Below, in pieces: positions 1 to 9,157 of a stretch of 18,667 nt of DNA; the stretch's first letter is position 1; the number at the start of each line of letters is the position of its first letter. The position numbers and the translations under genes were made by a program. This DNA comes from Clostridiales bacterium (GTDB lineage Bacteria > Bacillota > Clostridia > Lachnospirales > WQUN01). Where the stretch lies: contig JAISZB010000069.1 in assembly GCA_031269465.1 (NCBI GenBank), forward strand, positions 1 to 18,667, in the 5' to 3' direction. Under the pieces are notes generated by a model. The model ran no database searches, had not been told where the DNA came from, and was given only the letters and a program-made list of their open reading frames with translations.

Positions 1-237
1 TGCTGTCTGTTGAAAAAAGAGCTTGACGGCGCCGGCATACAAGACAGCCTTGATCACATTATTGATGAAATGAAGCTATACAAATATGTGATCACTGTCA
101 TTGGAAACAAAAAAACCGATATTATACCATCTCTTACACAGTCGACTCGGCTCGCTTCAAAAATTGCGGGTATATATTGCCTGAAAGAAAAATACCTAAG
201 CCCATCCAGTTGGGCAATCGCCCTCAATGTCCATTAA
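1..237 (+). CDS. 3' end of an unidentified protein-coding gene (partial; continues upstream of the window)
   Basis: Frame 1 is open from base 1 to the TAA at 235-237 (…KKELDGAGIQDSLDHIIDEMKLYKYVITVIGNKKTDIIPSL…). No start codon lies inside the window. I recognise no domain. An 8-bp inverted repeat (AAAGCCTT-N7-AAGGCTTT, 234-261) follows immediately. Confidence 0.3.
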   Translation, partial: CCLLKKELDGAGIQDSLDHIIDEMKLYKYVITVIGNKKTDIIPSLTQSTRLASKIAGIYCLKEKYLSPSSWAIALNVH

Positions 238-715
238 AGCCTTATTTTTCAAGGCTTTAGGGGGTGATATGTTAAATAACTTGTAAACTCCCGCTATGTA
301 GCAGCTTGAAATTATAGGTCGTTTTTGAGAGGAAAAAGATGACAAAACAGCATTTTTATATCAGGGCCGGAAGCGACGCCGCCAACGGCGAATTTCCGCG
401 GATCCTCGCCTGAAACGTCGGCTGCCGCCTCGAGCCTGGCATATTGGGGATAATCTAGGGCATCAAGCGAAAGCGCGGTCAAAACCGGTGTTTTCGTCGC
501 GCCCCTGCCGCGCTTGCCGCCTTTTTCGGGAGTCCCGAAATAGGCCTCGTCCATATTTGCATGTAGGGATCTGTGAAAGAGTTTGAGGATGATGGACATT
601 TTGCCAGGTGCCATTTGGCCGGTACTTTGGGAAATGAAAGCGTGATGGGGAATGAGAGTGACTGATACTGTGCTTTGTAAAAAAATTGAAAAAATTTTGT
701 GCACCAACAGGTTTT

Positions 716-1368
716 CTGCTCGCTGTAGATGATGTGAGCTTTACCATTGTCCGTGGAGCAACGCTGGGATTGGTGCGATCTTTATGATAAGGCGCACTGC
801 TATATGAAGACCGTTGATATGGCAGATAGGCTTGCAACCGCATATCCCCATGAGCTTGCCGGCGGGCGCAGGCAGCGTATCGGCGTTGAGCACGCTATCG
901 CCCGAGCCAAAATTTGCAATATGCGATGAGCCGGTTTTCGCACTGGATGCATCGATTCAATTGCAAATAATCAATCCGCCGCAGGACTTACAGGAGCAAT
1001 TTCATCTTACATACATATTTGTTGCTCTGAGTTGTCCGTCGCAAAGCATGTTTCCAATGAAATTGCAGTTATGCATCTTGGACAGCTTGTAGAAAAATGC
1101 TCATCGGATGAGTTCTTTATCAGGCACATGCATCCTTATGCGCGGGCGCTTCTTTCGACAATTCCTGTGCCATCACTCAAAGCCAAGGAGACGAAACGTG
1201 AGATTCTCAAGGGTGAAATTACTTCGCCGATCGATCCAGCGCCAGGTTGCCGCTTTGCGAGCCGTCGCAATTAAATGCGTCTCGAGGCCATATGACCTGA
1301 AGGATATGGGAGGCAAGCATTTTGCGTCCTGTGCGAGAGTTGCTTCTGGTGAGCTCGTATGGAACTGA
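716..1368 (+). pseudogene. Oligopeptide/dipeptide ABC transporter ATP-binding subunit (OppF/DppF-like) remnant, with an internal deletion and at least two frameshifts
   Basis: Recognisable pieces lie in three frames:
- ~716-787: VDDVSFTIVRGATLGLV, the strand preceding Walker A. There is no GxxGxGKST; the sequence jumps straight to the next piece.
- 747-929: VDMADRLATAYPHELAGGRRQRIGVEHAIA, an LSGGQ-type signature.
- 814-1092: ICDEPVFALDASIQLQIINPPQDLQEQFHLTYIFVA, the Walker B / D-loop region.
- 1032-1274: SNEIAVMHLGQLVEKCSSDEFF…HPYARALLSTIPVP…GEITSPIDPAPGCRFASR, the oligopeptide-ABC C-terminal domain.
- 1108-1368: …KDMGGKHFASCARVASGELVWN, the C-terminal tail in a shifted frame. Confidence 0.6.
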
Positions 1369-1459
1369 AGCAAGTCTGTTTTCTTAGCGCGGTGTAAAAC
1401 AGGAAAGAAAATTTAGCAGGGCGGTGAGTCGCAGTTTGGCTTACCGTCCTATCTATACT

Positions 1460-1594
1460 GATTTGCATTGATAATTCCGATTTTGGAGCATTAGTGTACA
1501 GAAAATGCGAAATGCCGGTATCGGCATTTCGTACCTAGAAAGTGGATAATCAAGCTCCAAAATAGGTGATTTGACTGCAAATCGGCATAAATGC
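1460..1594. repeat. Composite nested-hairpin repeat, copy A
   Basis: Left segment GATTTGCATTGATAATTCCGATTTTGGAGC aligns with 17726-17757 of copy C. Hairpin module CGAAATGCCG-gtat-CGGCATTTCG (1508-1531) aligns with 14731-14760 of copy B. Right segment GGATAATCAAGCTCCAAAATAGGTGATTTGACTGCAAATCGGCATAAATGC (1544-1594) is ~85 % identical to 17771-17822 of copy C. Confidence 0.6.
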
Positions 1595-2104
1595 TAGATG
1601 GGCGGGCAGATAAGTCAGGGCGTCTGTCAATCTTGGCTTTAGCTTATACGGGTGGGATTGTTGCAGGGAGATTCCGCCGCCCATAGCGACCCGCCATAAA
1701 TTGACCTGCATTGAATATTCTCGGCATGCATTCATCTCGCCAACTTTCCATTTGGCGCTCTAAAGGACGGGCAAAGGGGAGTGGAGCGGTCTTGAGATGA
1801 AACTCAGAAATGCATAATACAAATGAACAGCATAAGCATTCCGCCAATTGCTGGGGAAGTTGGGCGGCAAAGGTCTTTTCATGACCCATAAAGACGAACC
1901 TCTTTGGCCTTTATCATTTCAAGCAAGGCTTTGCGCCTCTTTGAAAAGCTGAACGATAGAAAAGCCGGCCTACACTGGTTCAGGAAACACAAGCTGGAGG
2001 CGAATCTTTTAGTTTATGCCGCCTAGCCAACATAGTCTTGATGAGTTGGCGTTAGCTCAACCAGCTTATCCTTTGCAATTTTAAAGCCAACTCAAAGCTC
2101 TGCT

Positions 2105-2136
2105 AAAAACGCCTGCCATAATCGGAAGGCGTTTTT
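2105..2136. terminator. Bidirectional rho-independent terminator-like hairpin
   Basis: AAAAACGCCTGCC-ataatc-GGAAGGCGTTTTT: a 13-bp stem (12/13 pairing), a 6-nt loop, an A-run on one side and a T-run on the other. It lies ~300 nt downstream of the stop of the minus-strand SPFH gene. Confidence 0.45.
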
Positions 2137-2443
2137 AGGCTGAAGGATGGATTCCTGCAAAATATAAGCGCGGAAGAAATCGAAGAACTCATCGTGGTGC
2201 TGAACATTTACGCAGCTTAAAATCCCTGCATCCATCAAATTCGTTTTCGCTTTGCTCGAGTGAAGGCAGAGGCAGAAATTACGCCGCTTTGACAGCCATG
2301 CATCCAAAGGCTCAGTCGGAGGCAAAGACAATCTGCTCGGAGCAGCCGGTAGAAGAGCTTCCACTGAAGGCTGAAGGCTACAGAGAGTCTTGCGCATGAC
2401 GCAAGGCAATCGCCGGTTCGCCGCAATCTGAAAGATCCAGCGT

Positions 2444-5008
2444 TCAAGCTTGCTTGAAGACTGCGGCAATCTTATCCAAAAGGTCTTCTCCTCCTGAGAT
2501 GTTGACGTTGCCAATCTTCTCGCAAACTGTCTTGAGGAGCTTTTCACGGTACTCCATTTCTTTTAGGCGCATCAATGTCTGGTTTTCTTCCATCATTTTG
2601 GCCGTATTCAGCAAGCTTCTGGTAGAGGCCACTTCCTCGCGCCGCGTAATGACATTGGACTGGGCTTGCTTTTCGGCTATAAGCACCGAGTTCATCATTT
2701 GGCGGATCTCTCCGGGAAGGATTATATCCTTTACCCCTGCGTCATAAAATTGAACAAAAAGCTCTGGCTCCTTTTCCTTCAGTCGGAGGAAGATAAAGTC
2801 GCTTATCTGGTCTTTGTTCTCCAACAATTCGTCCAGGCGAGCGCGGCCTACGCTGTCCCGGAGCGCCAACTGCACAATGCTGTGTATTTGCTCCTCGAAA
2901 TTGAGAATCTCTGTGCCAATCTTTACATAGTCGGTGATCTTGAAACGGCATACGCAGTTTATCCGCAACTGAACTTTATCCAGCGTAAGGATCTCCTGTC
3001 CTTGAATCTGCAACTGGGTAAGGCGCGTATCTACCAGCTCCACTCTCACGGATACGCCGTTGTTCCAGAAATAGTACGTTCCCTCATCGAGCAGTCGGAT
3101 GAATCTGTCGTTGTAATACAGACGGCCTTTTTGGTAATCCTTTACTTCTTCAAGTTTATACAGGTTATCAGACATCAGCTCGAAAATGTAATATGGTATG
3201 TCATCGGATATCAGTGGTTCGCGTATATCTATCATTTTGAAATCATGCTGATCTTTCAGCTTCCAAAATGCGTAGCGTCCGCTGGGCAACGCATCTGCGA
3301 AGCGGTTATTGCGGTAATGGAGAGCCACGGTTTCATCTGGCACTTCAAGCGGCTGCATTTCATCAGCCAACGCTTGGTCGGCCAAGTAAACGTCAAGGTT
3401 GTACTCCTTTGGGGAAAAAACGGAGTCCGTATTTACCTTGCTGCATGTGAAGCCGTTGCCAAGGAAGGCGTGCCTTCCCGGCTCAAGCATGTTTTGAAAT
3501 ACGCCGTTGTTGAAAAGAAAGCCGCGCTCATTGTCGTTAACTGAGAAAACTTTCAGCTCTTTTGACAATACAGGGTCTTTAAGAAATACATCTAGGCTAC
3601 GGCCTCCAGTGTCAAACGCCTTGCCGGCGGGCATCGAAGAGACGCTTCTGCTTCTGCCGAAGAAGATATGCCTGCCGGGCCTGAGCGTCCCGACAAACAA
3701 TCCTTCTTTATATAATGCTCCGAGGCAGTCATCCTCCACCTCAAAAACCTGCACCTCAGACGAGAAAACCTCATCTCTTAGGTATATATCCGTTTCGCTT
3801 GATTCAGGTATAAATTCTTTGTCTATGTCAACGTTCTTGCAAGTCCATGATTTGCCGAGATACGCGTGTTTTCCTGGTTTAAGGTACTTTTCAAACAAGC
3901 GGTTTTTATACAACACTCCGCGTTCGCCTTCAGAGATGACGTATATATGCAGAATTTCAGCCAGCTTAGGATCTTTAAGATAAATATCTGAACTGTACTT
4001 CTTAAGTTCAGTCTCCATTTCATATTGCTCTACACTAAAGGTTCGCCCGAGAAAGGCATGTCTGCCAGGAGGCAGCATTTTGACGAATAGTCCCGATTTA
4101 AACAAAAAGCCTCGCTGAGTTTCGTAGATTTCAAACACTTGAAGTTCTTCAGCAAGCTCGGGATAGCTTAAAAATACATCCAAAGGCGCGGATTTTGGAG
4201 AGAATTCAGCTTCAATCCGGGCAATTTCATAAGTAAAACCCTTGCCCAGATACGCATACTTGCCGGATTTGAATGATCTGATAAATTTGCCGTTTTTAAA
4301 GACTAGGGCGAACTCACCGTCCTTAACCTCGATTGGCAGCAAGAGTTTCGCTATGGCCGGATCGTGAGTGAAAATATCGATATCGTGACCTGCCGGCGCA
4401 AAGCGGTCATCCATGTTGACCCATACAATGCTGAAGCATTTGCCCAAATAAGCATGCTTGCCCGGAGAAAGCATTTTTTCAAATCGACCGTGCTTAAACA
4501 GGAGGCCTCTCTGGCCTTCCGGAATGTCAAATACTTGAAGTTCGGCAGTGAGATCGGGATCCTTGAGGAATACATCTACAGAGCCGTTTTTCGGCGCAAA
4601 GACACTGTCAGCTTCAACAATTTCGATTGTCCGACTTTTGGTCGCAAGCGCAACATCTCCAGGCTTAAGCAGTCTGGTGAATCGGCCGTTTATAAATAAC
4701 AGCCCTCGCTGATTTTCAAATATGCGGGTGAACATCGAACCCCAACCTTTCCTTAAGGATTTCCACAACGGCGCATTCAACGCATTTGTTTTATGCGATT
4801 TACCTAACGGCGTTGCCGGCTGCCCATGCGGCCTGACAGGCTGCGACGCTTCCAACTCATGCTGTTTGTCAATAGTTGAAGGCTGATCGCCGCTTTTCTG
4901 AGTCTGGGCTGCTCTTAAACATTTAAGAAGGCGAAGCAGCAACTTTCGCTGGAGTTCAGATTCGCAATCGGCCACCGGATCCCATCCTTTCAAAAATAAA
5001 TTTTCCAT
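2444..5008 (-). CDS. SPFH/band-7 (stomatin/prohibitin/flotillin/HflK-C) domain protein with a 9-unit N-terminal tandem repeat array; 854 aa as called
   Basis: Single 854-codon ORF.
- C-terminal third (aa ~625-800) is a canonical SPFH core: GRLYYNDRFIRLLDEGTYYFWNNGVSVRVELVDTRLTQLQIQGQEILTLDKVQLRINCVCRFKITD…IVQLALRDSVGRARLDELLENKDQI…DAGVKDIILPGEIRQMMNSVLIAEKQAQSNV. Compare stomatin QEILTKDSVTISVDGVVYYRV…LAQTTLRNVLGTKNL…WGIKVERVEIKDVKLP…AAEAEA. An Ala/Glu-rich coiled-coil-like tail follows.
- aa ~97-660 consist of nine tandem units with exact 65-67-aa periodicity, starting at aa 97, 163, 229, 296, 361, 426, 493, 558 and 624. Each has the form [D(I/V)(F/Y)L(K/R)DP.L..EL.VF.(V/I)]…(Q/E)RG.LFK.G.F…L.PG(K/R)HA(F/Y)LG..F, which is the pattern of the first β-hairpin of an SPFH domain. 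The last unit is the true start of the SPFH core.
- No hydrophobic N-terminal anchor.
- No strong SD at the 5008 ATG. An alternative start at 4732 (MFTRIF…) has AAGGAAAGG 10 nt upstream. Confidence 0.85.
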   Translation of the reverse strand: MENLFLKGWDPVADCESELQRKLLLRLLKCLRAAQTQKSGDQPSTIDKQHELEASQPVRPHGQPATPLGKSHKTNALNAPLWKSLRKGWGSMFTRIFENQRGLLFINGRFTRLLKPGDVALATKSRTIEIVEADSVFAPKNGSVDVFLKDPDLTAELQVFDIPEGQRGLLFKHGRFEKMLSPGKHAYLGKCFSIVWVNMDDRFAPAGHDIDIFTHDPAIAKLLLPIEVKDGEFALVFKNGKFIRSFKSGKYAYLGKGFTYEIARIEAEFSPKSAPLDVFLSYPELAEELQVFEIYETQRGFLFKSGLFVKMLPPGRHAFLGRTFSVEQYEMETELKKYSSDIYLKDPKLAEILHIYVISEGERGVLYKNRLFEKYLKPGKHAYLGKSWTCKNVDIDKEFIPESSETDIYLRDEVFSSEVQVFEVEDDCLGALYKEGLFVGTLRPGRHIFFGRSRSVSSMPAGKAFDTGGRSLDVFLKDPVLSKELKVFSVNDNERGFLFNNGVFQNMLEPGRHAFLGNGFTCSKVNTDSVFSPKEYNLDVYLADQALADEMQPLEVPDETVALHYRNNRFADALPSGRYAFWKLKDQHDFKMIDIREPLISDDIPYYIFELMSDNLYKLEEVKDYQKGRLYYNDRFIRLLDEGTYYFWNNGVSVRVELVDTRLTQLQIQGQEILTLDKVQLRINCVCRFKITDYVKIGTEILNFEEQIHSIVQLALRDSVGRARLDELLENKDQISDFIFLRLKEKEPELFVQFYDAGVKDIILPGEIRQMMNSVLIAEKQAQSNVITRREEVASTRSLLNTAKMMEENQTLMRLKEMEYREKLLKTVCEKIGNVNISGGEDLLDKIAAVFKQA
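3031..4726 (-). repeat. In-frame tandem array of ~198-bp (66-aa) units inside the SPFH gene: 8 full copies plus a 9th merged with the SPFH core
   Basis: Protein-level periodicity listed above. The units are divergent at DNA level, so the array is ancient rather than a recent slippage expansion. Confidence 0.7.
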
Positions 5009-5989
5009 TATTGCCGCGACCCGGCAGCAGAGCGCCGCGTATGCGCGCTTGCGCGGCGGGGCAATTAAGATATCCGAGAAAAACGCGGAAGCAAATCTTC
5101 GGAAAGACTGCTTTGGCGGAAATCACGTGACATCGGTATCCTCCCCCGGCATGGCGGTACACGCGTCGCCGTCTGCCCGTCTGGTTTGGGAATGCGGCAG
5201 GCATCGGCCCTGGCAGGGCGCAAAGCCTGCATTGTCATCCTTGCAAACCAAAACAGACAGGAGGGCGTAGCAGCGCTCAAAACCGGTAGTTCTGCGTATT
5301 CGGCTTTTATGGAAATTCGATCTGGAATTCATCATCTCCTAAACAAATTTGCTTTCGTGTCATCGGTTTCCGGAAACACCCCGCACGAACCCGCCGGGCG
5401 CCGCCAGCCGTTGTAATGGCTGGAATAGAAACGGATGCTAATATTATAGCACGAAAGAATAACAAAAATGTTACGTTATATTTACAATTTTATATCAAGC
5501 TCGTTCATGCATATGAGAGTATAAAGCGCTTGAAATATGTCTTTCTGTTGCTTCAGCAGCTATACTGATGCGCTTTGCCGTCTGCCATGGGCAAATCGCG
5601 GCGATTAATAAGCTTATGGCTTAGCCCGATTCTATATTAGATCTAAGGCGAGCCGAGCTTTATGAAGGCGATGGATGGAGTTCTCCAGAGGCGCGAAATT
5701 CGCCTTGCAAATACAGTTGAACTTTAGGAAATCAAGGGATAATGCTTCGGTTGAAAATCCATCCCGAATTTTATACAGTATGCTGGCAATTCATATGAAA
5801 AAAGGAGGATGTGCAGTGTTCAAGCTCAATGCAGGCTATACTTTCTCCTGCAAGGAGGCGATCGTCGGGCTCGGGTCGGCGCGTGCGCCGACCGAGCCGC
5901 CGCGGAGATAAAGGATGGACGCTCGGATTTCCTCAAGGATCGCAACTCCGCGTCGCCGACGCCCATGAAGTTTTTTGAGGGGGAGGTTG

Positions 5990-6870
5990 GCCGACGCGCT
6001 CGGCGAAGTTGAAGTCGAGCCTGATTTTAAAGGGATCTCATCGGATCTTCGCGAAGAGGCGGCGGAAGCGCCGGATCCGCGCCAGTCCGCCAAAGCGGCC
6101 CGCCGGCTCCCGGACATGCCCGTCGCGGCACTGCTCGCCATTTTGCGAGGCGCGAACCCTTGGGGCGGCCTCGCGAGATTCGCCGGCGCCAACGCTGCTG
6201 GGATCCGCTTCTCCGCGACAGGCGACACGTTTCAAAACACATTTTCAAGAATCGACGACAACATTATTCTCAGGCATCTGGGCGGCTTCTTAAGCCGCCT
6301 GTCTCAGGCGGCCTCGCAAGCAAGGCGGAGGCCCTGCCAGCTGCCTGCGACACCTTCCCCGAAGAAATAATGCGCATTTCGCGCGACCGAAAGGAAAATG
6401 TCGGATCAGGGAAGGGCGGCGCAGCGAAAGCCAACATATCGGGCGCGTACGACTCCAAAACCGGTGCTGTTCCCGTCAGGGGCTAATCAACGCGAAAACC
6501 GATGAAACCGCGGCGATTCCGGCGCTGGTCGACCATGCCGGCGAAGCCGCGCGAGGATCCATGTCCGCATGGGACGCGCCGGATGCGACGGACAAGAACG
6601 CTAAGAAGGCCATTGAAGCCGGGACGAGCTGCGTTTAGGCGCTCAAGGGCGGCGCAGCGCGCATTTTCAAGCGAAACTGCGATATATTATGGCTGTCGGG
6701 ATAGAGGCCGGAACGGGGTGCGTCGAGATATTGAAAGACGGCATCCCGGCCATCCGCTGGGTTGCGAAAAGAGGCTGAGCGGACTATTTTGCGGCAGCCG
6801 GCATTTCGCGCTCCTGCAACTCGGATAAATAGGCCGAGTCGGACTCCATCCGCAGTTGGAGATGCAGTCC
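5990..6870 (+). mobile_element. ISAs1-family (H-repeat-like) transposase remnant, multiply frameshifted, GC-rich; boundaries approximate
   Basis: Matches the ISAs1 N-terminal pattern (…DPR…H.L.DIL…GA..W.DI..FG…FENGIPSHDT..RVFSRIDP…) in the frame of ORF 5975-6370:
LREEAAEAPDPRQSAKAARRLPDMPVAALLAILRGANPWGGLARFAGANAAGIRFSATGDTFQNTFSRIDDNII.
Matches the ISAs1 DDE-region motifs (SNEITAIP.LL and TIDAMGCQ…ALKGNQ) in other frames, interrupted by stops:
…DSKTGAVPVRG/LINAKTDETAAIPALVDHAG… (6489-6540) and …AWDAPDATDKNAKKAIEAGTSCV*ALKGGAA (to ~6660). Confidence 0.5.
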
Positions 6871-7090
6871 ATCAAAGCGGCGGAACTGCATATTCATTCA
6901 GGCAGATTTTGTCCTCTTCATACGTCATGGAGGAAATTTCAATGTCCACAAGGCTCCACAGGGGAGAATACCGATATTTAAAAAATACCTTCCATTTCTT
7001 AAAACCCATAAATAACGGGGCATTGCCAATTGCTTTATCGATATTAAGAATCAGGAGAAAACCATAATAGCCATCATAAGGCGGCGGGAA

Positions 7091-8300
7091 ATGAACGCAG
7101 AGGAATTCACAGGGAAATTCAACCTTGAAATTTCCAAGTTCGGCTATAAATCCAAGACTCAAAATGCGTACTTGAAACGCTGCAAAGAAATAATGTCTTT
7201 TATGCAACTGGAAGACATTCAGCTTTTCACGGAGGAATCCCTGGAAACATGCCTTGACTGTTTGCGGATTCGGTGCTATTCAGGCGAAATAAAGCCTGCC
7301 GCCCGCAAAATCCCGCGGAGGGCCGCCAGGCTCATGCATGAGCTCAAAGAAAACGGATCGCTGGAGCGGCGCGCCATGGCAGATGGGAAAGCTTTCAAGC
7401 CGACAAGCATGAAGGGCGCATATGAGGAGTTCATCGCATCCGCCTCAAAGCGGCCAGCGCCATCCACTATGCAGGACTTCAGGATCTGCGGCCGCAAGTT
7501 CATCGCGTTTTTGGAAGGCGCAAACCGCGCGGATTTCGAGAATTCCTGCGCCAAGGCCTTGAAGGATTGCATTTTCTTCATGGCTTCATCAAGCAAGCTT
7601 AACGGCTGTCAAAGATTCATTTATGTCTTGAGGGCTTTCTGCGGCTTCTTGTCCCCGAAGGGATTGATCAAGCCTGAAATGGCCGGGATAATGCAGAAGC
7701 CCGCGGGAAGCCGGAGAGACATCCTGCCATACCTGAAGCGGGGGCATGTCGAGGGCCTTCTTGGGCCGAGCCGACGGCATGCAAAACTGCAAGGGAAACT
7801 ATGCCATGACAGCCTTGCCGGCCAACACGGGCTTGAGGTTCGGCGTGATCAGCGAGCTGAAGCTGACAGGCATAGATTGGCGCGGCAACGCCATAAACGC
7901 ATTTCAAGGCAAAAATTCCCAAGCCAGTCAAGCCCCTCTTGACGCCGCGGCCGGCTATCGCTTCAATGAGCGTCCGCAAGGCAAAAACGCGGAATGCATG
8001 TTCATAAGCTCCCGGGCTCCGCACACAAAGCTGGCCGGAGGGAAGCTCATGAAAAAGCGCTTGGAGAAGGCGGGCCTTTGCGAGGGCGAAAGCGGATTCC
8101 ACGCCCTGGGGCGCGGAATAGCCGCGGATCTTCTTGAAGCCGGCGCGGATCATGAGATAGTTTCCCAGATTGACGGGCATATGCGGCTTGAGTCCCTGGA
8201 TCCCTACTTTGCTGTTGACATTGAAGGCTTAAGGAAAAGGCGCCGCGCCAGCTTCGAGGATCTCGGCGCCCCTGCGTCCAGCTGGGGCGCCAAACCTTGA
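7091..8300 (+). pseudogene. Tyrosine recombinase 1 (RitA-like, ~400 aa if repaired) with one frameshift near 7765
   Basis: - N-terminal ~220 aa are in frame A (7091-7942).
- The catalytic domain is in frame B (7746-8300): LLG-RADGMQNCKGNYAMTALPANTGLRFGVISELKLTGIDWRGNAINAFQGKNSQ…FISSRAPHTKLAGGKLMKKRLEKAGLCEGESGFHALGRGIAADLLEAGADHEIVSQIDGHMRLESLDPYF. This carries the box I region, HxLR, a second His and the catalytic Tyr.
- The frames join at LLG, where a GGGCC run (7763-7767) has one base too many. Confidence 0.65.
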
Positions 8301-8332
8301 AAAAGGATGCGTTTGGAAGCGAATTCGACTAG

Positions 8333-9061
8333 GACTTCGCGGACATGATTGAATGCAAAGCCGCCCTCGGCTTTAAGGAGAGCTCATGCTACGGAAGCCC
8401 GCTCAATTTTGATCGCTTCCGCCTCAAGAGCTTTCCCGGCGAATGCAGCATATCAAGCGAAATGCTGCTTGAATGGCTTGAGCCAAGGCCGAGGGAGGGC
8501 GTCAACGGCGCTGCCGCCAGATCATATTCCGCGGCGGGCTTGGCGAACTGCATCAACGCCATGGGGGGGACGTCGCATGTCCTGCATGCGGGCTATCTGG
8601 GGAAACGCGCCCGCTGCAATCCCTACATGTATTCCGACATGGAGTTGAAGCTGTTCATCTTTGCCACAGACTTGCACGCGCATGCGAAAAACCCTTTGGA
8701 CACCACTGTCCGCGACATCTTCAGGCTGCAGCGCTCCTGCGGGTTGCGGCCTTTCGAGCCGCGCCTGCTGAAGCGCGGCGATGTTGATTTCGAAGGCGAA
8801 ACCATTTATATAGCCGACTCGAGGATGCACAATGCGGGGTTTCATGAAAAGCCTGGGATTTTATTTATGTGCGTGTTACGAAAAAAATACTAACGTTCTC
8901 ATTTCTTGAGGCGCAGTTTCGTCACAAAATGCGTGCACAAGTATCTTTATGAAGGCCCTGTCGATTTCAAGTCCATCATTGTGCATTTCCAAAGATGCCC
9001 GGGCCATGCGAAGATCAGCGAGACACTGTACTACATGCGCCTGGTGCGGAAAGGATCCTGA
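8333..9061 (+). pseudogene. Tyrosine recombinase 2 (RitB-like, short) with an in-frame TAA at 8891-8893
   Basis: Frame-2 ORF 8345-8893 reads …YSDMELKLFIFATD…NPLDTTVRDIFRLQRSCGLRPFEPRLLKRGDVDFEGETIYIADSRMHNAGF…, the box I-like region. In the same frame after the TAA it continues SHFLRRSFVTKCVHKYLYEGPVDFKSIIVHFQRCPGHAKISETLYYMRLVRKGS* (8897-9061), which carries HxxR…GH…Y. So the break is a nonsense codon, not an indel. Confidence 0.55.
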
Positions 9062-9157
9062 TGAGCAAAGGGTTCGACCTGAATTGCACGAAGAGGCGGG
9101 ATCAGTCAAAAAGCCAAAGAGCGAATGCCTTGAGCCGCTGAGGGGCTGCATTTCCAT

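Noticed and set aside
312-707. 131-aa minus-strand ORF
   Set aside because: Part of it lies in a GC-rich patch. I see no motif and no SD. It could be a gene fragment but I cannot support it.
2092-2547. 151-aa and 70-aa minus-strand ORFs overlapping and following the SPFH stop
   Set aside because: They begin inside the SPFH coding sequence in another frame, have no SD, and their Cys/Arg/Leu-rich composition is not protein-like. The region is more likely 3' UTR upstream of the 2105-2136 terminator.
5049-6900. Numerous overlapping 60-130-aa ORFs on both strands (e.g. 5049-5270, 5836-6228, 6009-6293, 6160-6486, 6502-6828)
   Set aside because: All lie in ~65 % GC DNA, where long stop-free frames arise by chance. 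They are Arg/Ala/Pro-rich and overlap one another in every frame. The only coherent signal is the frameshifted ISAs1 transposase.
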